NCBI GenBank assembly: GCA_038138645.1
Contig: JAYQEC010000003.1
Location: forward strand, 5,081 to 69,080
Source: Porticoccaceae bacterium
Lineage (GTDB): Bacteria > Pseudomonadota > Gammaproteobacteria > Pseudomonadales > Porticoccaceae
Length of the DNA: 64,000 nucleotides
Direction: 5' to 3'
Below the pieces are notes generated by a model. That model made no database searches, had not been told where the DNA came from, and saw nothing but the letters and a program-made list of their open reading frames with translations. Below are positions 58,256 through 64,000 of the stretch, in pieces (the first letter of the stretch is position 1; every line of letters begins with the position of its first letter). A program made the position numbers and the translations under genes.

Positions 58256-61200
58256 TAGCTAATTGCCTTATGTAGCGTTTGTAGATCACGAACTTGGATA
58301 TCACCAGCAAACATTATTGCCTCGCATACCGCTCTTCCGCCCGCCATCGTTGTAGTATAGTAGACTTGATGCTGCTCTGCACTAGAGCGTATAGCACTGG
58401 AATCAGAGATTGCTTTACGACCCTCAGTGGTATTAATAATAAGATGAATCTTATCACTTTTAATCATATCCACAATATGTGGTCTGCCTTCTTGAACCTT
58501 ATTAACCAGTTCAACTTCAAGACCAGCATCAGCAATCACTTTGGCAGTACCCTTGGATGCAACTAGTTTGAAGCCCATCGATAATAGGTCTTTTGCCAGG
58601 CTAGGTAGTTGATCCTTATCTCTATCGCGAACACTGATAAATGCAGTTCCCTTAGAAGGTATTTCATCACTGGCACCTAATTCAGCTTTGCCATAGGCTT
58701 CAGCAAAGGTTTCACCTACGCCCATAACTTCACCCGTCGATTTCATCTCTGGCCCAAGAATTGGGTCGATTCCAGGGAATTTATTAAACGGGAATACGGC
58801 TTCTTTTACGCTGTAGTAAGGAGGCACTATTTCTTTTGTGAAATTCTGCGACTCTAAGGTCTGCCCAACCATACATCGAGCGGCTATTTTAGCTAGAGAG
58901 GTACCAATACATTTGGAAACAAATGGCACTGTTCGCGATGCACGAGGATTGACTTCAATCACATAGATTTCATCATCCTGTAATGCTAACTGTACATTCA
59001 TCAAGCCGCGAACACCGAGTTCACGCGCCATTTTTTTACAGACTTCACGCATCTCATTTTGAACATCTTCACTCAAACTGTAAGGCGGCAAAGAACAGGC
59101 TGAATCACCAGAGTGAATACCCGCTTGCTCAATATGCTGCATAATGGCGCCGATCACTACTTGCTCGCCATCACTAACGGCATCGACATCAACTTCAATC
59201 GCATTTGGCAGGAAGAAGTCTAGCAGCACCGGTGAATCTTCTGACACCTCTACAGCGGTTCGCATGTAATGACGCAGTTCGTCCTCTTTATAAACAATCT
59301 CCATAGCGCGACCACCCAGCACATAGGAGGGTCGAACAACCAATGGATAACCAATTTTTTCAGCTAAAACAACAGCCTCTTCCGCGCTTCGAGCTGTAGC
59401 ATTTGATGGCTGTAGTAAACCGAGTTTTTCAATCATCTGCTGGAATCTTTCACGATCTTCAGCACGATCAATAGCATCTGGCGTTGTGCCGACAATAGGC
59501 ACACCCTCTGCCTCTAGAGCGCGAGCTAATTTCAACGGTGTCTGACCACCAAACTGAACAATCACACCTTTGGGCTTTTCTAAACGAACAATTTCTAGGA
59601 CATCTTCAAGCGTCACTGGCTCAAAAAATAATCGATCAGAGGTATCGTAATCAGTAGACACGGTTTCTGGGTTACAGTTAACCATAATGGTTTCGTAACC
59701 ATCATCACGCATGGCCAGCGCTGCATGAACACAGCAGTAGTCAAACTCAATTCCTTGACCAATTCTGTTTGGTCCACCGCCTAACACCAGTATCTTATCG
59801 CGATTACTGGGCTGCGCTTCGCATTCTTCTTCATAGGTTGAATACATGTAGGCAGTGTCGGTAGAAAATTCTGCCGCACAGGTATCCACGCGCTTATAAA
59901 CTGGGTGAACATCTAACTGGTTACGATATTCACGCACCGCCTGTTCGCCACAGCCTAGAATGCTTCCCAAACGCTTATCGGAAAACCCTTTGCGCTTAAG
60001 TTTAAATAATGTCGTTTTATCTAAAGCTGTTAACTCAGAGCCCTCGAGCTGTTGCTCGTGCTTTATTAAATCTTCAATTTGCACCAAGAACCATGGATCG
60101 ATCTTGGTGATATTAAACATTTCTTCAAGACTCATACCCGCACGGAAACCGTCGGCTACGTACCAGATACGATCTGGACCCGCTTCAGCTAATTGGTTAT
60201 TTAGAATACTGGTTGATGAGTCATCTGCAGGATCAATCACGGGATCAAATCCAGAAACACCCACCTCTAATCCACGCAATGCCTTATGCATTGACTCTTG
60301 GAATGTACGACCAATAGCCATAACTTCACCTACAGACTTCATCTGCGTGGTTAGTTTTGGGCTGGCTTGATTGAATTTCTCAAAGGCGAAACGCGGTACC
60401 TTGGTGACCACATAATCAATACTTGGCTCAAAAGACGCTGGTGTTGCTCCACCAGTAATTTCATTTTGAAGTTCATCTAGTGTGTAGCCAACTGCTAACT
60501 TGGCTGCAACCTTGGCAATTGGGAAACCAGTCGCTTTTGAAGCCAATGCTGATGAACGTGAAACACGAGGGTTCATCTCGATAACAATCAAACGACCATT
60601 TTCTGGGTTTACCGCAAACTGAACGTTTGAGCCACCAGTCTCAACACCAATCTCACGCAATACACTGACCGAGGCATTACGCATTATCTGATATTCTTTA
60701 TCGGTTAAGGTTTGCGCAGGGGCAACAGTGATTGAGTCCCCTGTGTGGATACCCATAGGATCCAAGTTTTCAATGGAACAGATAATGATGCAGTTATCGT
60801 TGCGATCTCTGACCACTTCCATTTCAAATTCTTTCCAACCAATCAGCGATTCATCAATCAATAATTCATTGGTGGGCGAGAGATCGAGACCACGTCGGCA
60901 AATTTGTTCGAATTCTTCTCGGTTATAGGCGATACCACCCCCTGATCCACCCATAGTAAATGAGGGACGAATAACGCAGGGGAAGCCAAAACGATCGGCA
61001 ACCTGGTAGGCTTCTTCTAGACTATGAGCAATGCCAGAATTTGGCGTCTCTAAACCAATAGCCTTCATGGCTTTATCAAAACGCTCTCGGTCTTCTGCCT
61101 TGTCGATAGCGTCGGCATTGGCGCCAATCATTTCAACATTATATTTCTCTAAAACGCCATGTTTAGCAAGATCTAGGGCACAGTTAAGCGCTGTTTGACC

Positions 61201-61473
61201 GCCCATCGTGGGCAACAAAACATCAGGTCTTTCTTTTTCGATGATTTTCTCTACAGTACCCCACTCAACCGGCTCAATATAGGTGGCATCCGCCATGGCT
61301 GGATCGGTCATAATGGTGGCTGGATTAGAGTTAACCAATATCACTCTATAGCCTTCTTCTCTCAGAGCCTTACAGGCCTGAGCACCAGAATAATCAAACT
61401 CACAGGCCTGTCCAATAACAATCGGGCCTGCTCCAAGAATTAAAACGCTTTGTATATCTGTTCTTTTTGGCAT
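58255..61473 (-). CDS. carB: Carbamoyl-phosphate synthase large subunit
   Basis: [17 protein letters not shown], two ATP-grasp domains, MGS domain. Confidence 0.99.
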   Translation of the reverse strand: MPKRTDIQSVLILGAGPIVIGQACEFDYSGAQACKALREEGYRVILVNSNPATIMTDPAMADATYIEPVEWGTVEKIIEKERPDVLLPTMGGQTALNCALDLAKHGVLEKYNVEMIGANADAIDKAEDRERFDKAMKAIGLETPNSGIAHSLEEAYQVADRFGFPCVIRPSFTMGGSGGGIAYNREEFEQICRRGLDLSPTNELLIDESLIGWKEFEMEVVRDRNDNCIIICSIENLDPMGIHTGDSITVAPAQTLTDKEYQIMRNASVSVLREIGVETGGSNVQFAVNPENGRLIVIEMNPRVSRSSALASKATGFPIAKVAAKLAVGYTLDELQNEITGGATPASFEPSIDYVVTKVPRFAFEKFNQASPKLTTQMKSVGEVMAIGRTFQESMHKALRGLEVGVSGFDPVIDPADDSSTSILNNQLAEAGPDRIWYVADGFRAGMSLEEMFNITKIDPWFLVQIEDLIKHEQQLEGSELTALDKTTLFKLKRKGFSDKRLGSILGCGEQAVREYRNQLDVHPVYKRVDTCAAEFSTDTAYMYSTYEEECEAQPSNRDKILVLGGGPNRIGQGIEFDYCCVHAALAMRDDGYETIMVNCNPETVSTDYDTSDRLFFEPVTLEDVLEIVRLEKPKGVIVQFGGQTPLKLARALEAEGVPIVGTTPDAIDRAEDRERFQQMIEKLGLLQPSNATARSAEEAVVLAEKIGYPLVVRPSYVLGGRAMEIVYKEDELRHYMRTAVEVSEDSPVLLDFFLPNAIEVDVDAVSDGEQVVIGAIMQHIEQAGIHSGDSACSLPPYSLSEDVQNEMREVCKKMARELGVRGLMNVQLALQDDEIYVIEVNPRASRTVPFVSKCIGTSLAKIAARCMVGQTLESQNFTKEIVPPYYSVKEAVFPFNKFPGIDPILGPEMKSTGEVMGVGETFAEAYGKAELGASDEIPSKGTAFISVRDRDKDQLPSLAKDLLSMGFKLVASKGTAKVIADAGLEVELVNKVQEGRPHIVDMIKSDKIHLIINTTEGRKAISDSSAIRSSAEQHQVYYTTTMAGGRAVCEAIMFAGDIQVRDLQTLHKAIS

Positions 61474-61497
61474 AGGGTCGCTACTCAGTCAAGACGC

Positions 61498-62634
61498 TTA
61501 ACGTCTAGCCTCCATTAATTCTATAAAGTGATCAAATAATGGTGCCGCATCATGCGGACCAGGACTTGCTTCAGGGTGACCCTGGAAACTAAATGCAGGT
61601 TTATCCGTGCGGTGGATACCTTGCAGAGATGCATCAAATAACGAACGATGTGTGGCTTGCAGACAATCTGGCAATCCCTCTTCTTCAACCGCAAAACCAT
61701 GATTCTGGCTCGTAATCATCACCGTTTTATTCGCAATATCTTCTACTGGATGGTTGGCACCATGATGACCAAACTTCATCTTTGCCGTTTTAGCCCCAGA
61801 AGCTAGTGCGAGTAACTGGTGACCTAAGCAAATGCCGAATAGTGGGATATCCGTTTTTAATAATTCTGTAATTGCTTCAATCGCATAGTCACAGGGCTCT
61901 GGATCACCCGGCCCATTTGAGAGAAAAACGCCATCTGGGTTCATGGCTAAAACATCGCTTGCAGGCGTTTGCGCAGGAACAACCGTTAGGTCACATCCTC
62001 TGTCAGCCAGCATACGCAATATATTTTGCTTAACGCCAAAATCATAGGCAACAACTTTAAATTTAAAGTCAGTTTGTTGCTCATAGTCATGTCCTAATTG
62101 CCAGCTCTTGTGCTGCCATTGGTAGGCTTCAGCAGTTGTCACCTGTTTTGCCAAATCCATTCCCTTAAGGCCCGGGAATTGTTTAGCTGCTTCCACTGCT
62201 TTTTGCTCGTCGATATCACCGACAATAATACAGCCACTTTGCGAACCTGTTTCACGCAAAATACGCGTCAGCTTTCTGGTGTCTATATCTGCAATACCCA
62301 CAACACCGCGTTCAGCGAGATACTGATCTAGGCTTTGCTCACTGCGAAAGTTTGACACCATCAAAGGTAGGTCACGGATAACCAATCCGGCAGCCCAAAT
62401 TTGGTTGGATTCTTGATCTGCAGTATTGACACCGACATTTCCAATATGAGGGTAAGTTAGGGTAACAATTTGATTGGCATAAGAAGGATCTGTGAGAATT
62501 TCTTGGTAGCCTGTCATTGCAGTATTAAAAACCACCTCACCAACAGATATACCGTCAGCACCTATAGCGGTTCCTCTGAAAATTGTTCCATCTGCAAGCG
62601 CGAGAACGGCCTCCCGGTTAGTCTGGGAATTCAC
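61498..62634 (-). CDS. carA: Carbamoyl-phosphate synthase small subunit
   Basis: GEVVFNT, SNGPGDP, GICLGHQ, HPEASPG; GTG start with GGAGG SD. Confidence 0.98.
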   Translation of the reverse strand: MNSQTNREAVLALADGTIFRGTAIGADGISVGEVVFNTAMTGYQEILTDPSYANQIVTLTYPHIGNVGVNTADQESNQIWAAGLVIRDLPLMVSNFRSEQSLDQYLAERGVVGIADIDTRKLTRILRETGSQSGCIIVGDIDEQKAVEAAKQFPGLKGMDLAKQVTTAEAYQWQHKSWQLGHDYEQQTDFKFKVVAYDFGVKQNILRMLADRGCDLTVVPAQTPASDVLAMNPDGVFLSNGPGDPEPCDYAIEAITELLKTDIPLFGICLGHQLLALASGAKTAKMKFGHHGANHPVEDIANKTVMITSQNHGFAVEEEGLPDCLQATHRSLFDASLQGIHRTDKPAFSFQGHPEASPGPHDAAPLFDHFIELMEARR

Positions 62635-62700
62635 ACAACCTCCTAATTATATTGAGTCTATTCTGATAGGATTAAGCTGAAAAGCCCTGAGATTATTTGC

Positions 62701-62736
62701 AAAAAAACGAGATGAAACTGGTGGTCTCATCTCGCT
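62701..62736 (-). terminator. carAB leader attenuator hairpin
   Basis: Minus strand AGCGAGATGAGAC-CACCA-GTTTCATCTCGTT plus U-tract, about 65 nt before carA. Confidence 0.7.
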
Positions 62737-62887
62737 CTCTTAGAAATATTCAGTATATTCGCCTCTCGAATCAGTGCCGATATTAGTTATCGAATCTGAG
62801 AAAGTATTTTAGGGCAAATGAACCTGTTTTGTCCATCACTGATGAATTTATTTTTGACGAAAATTTATATTTTTTTAGCGGTTAAAC

Positions 62888-63733
<846 letters not shown>

Positions 63734-64000
63734 CTAACCTGTAAGATTATCGAAGAATTTTTTCACACCATCAAACCAACTTGAGGTTCTTGGCGAGTGC
63801 TTGTCTTTCCCCATTAGACTTTTATCAAAGCTTTCGAGTAACTCGCGCTGATCTTCGCCTAGGTTAACTGGTGTTTCCAAAGCCACTCGGCACAATAAAT
63901 CACCTGTAGCGCCACCGCGCACAGGAGCAACACCTTTGCCACGCAATCTAAATAGCTTTCCAGTCTGTGTCTCAGCGGGAATTTTAAGCTTCACTTTCCC
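63734..64000 (-). CDS. dnaJ: Chaperone DnaJ, C-terminal part (5'-truncated)
   Basis: [34 protein letters not shown]; upstream of dapB. Confidence 0.93.
   Translation of the reverse strand, partial: GKVKLKIPAETQTGKLFRLRGKGVAPVRGGATGDLLCRVALETPVNLGEDQRELLESFDKSLMGKDKHSPRTSSWFDGVKKFFDNLTG

Overview
A 64-kb chromosomal window from a compact, AT-leaning gammaproteobacterium. Gene content and order are Pseudomonadales/Cellvibrionales-like; a marine SAR92/Porticoccaceae-type lineage is plausible but only inferred. It is mostly core genes: petAB, rplM-rpsI, zapE/zapG, efp-epmA, serB, dksA-gluQ, pcnB-folK-panB, fur/bamE, smpB, rhlB, hemCD-prfA-prmC, argH, lptM-lysA-dapF, rnr, ffh-rpsP-rimM-trmD-rplS, ahpC, grxD, argD-argF and dnaJ-dapB-carAB-greA. 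I found no tRNA, rRNA, CRISPR or mobile element. Highlights: (1) an accessory LuxR-type regulator / TonB-dependent receptor / periplasmic-binding-like protein / hybrid histidine kinase operon, resembling a non-canonical trans-envelope signalling system and flanked by two unannotated small ORFs and a structured, terminated RNA; (2) a stripped-down Cbr/Crc locus with no adjacent cbrA, a CbrB whose ATPase/sigma54 motifs are degenerate, CbrB-type TGTTAC boxes and a ~125-nt CrcZ-like RNA; (3) a probable AUA start for epmA; (4) cytochrome b reading past its usual end (possible b/c1 fusion); (5) a divergent TonB receptor / orphan FTR1 pair with Fur boxes; (6) a terminator-like hairpin directly after the argD promoter. 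All calls come from reading the sequence; no searches were run.
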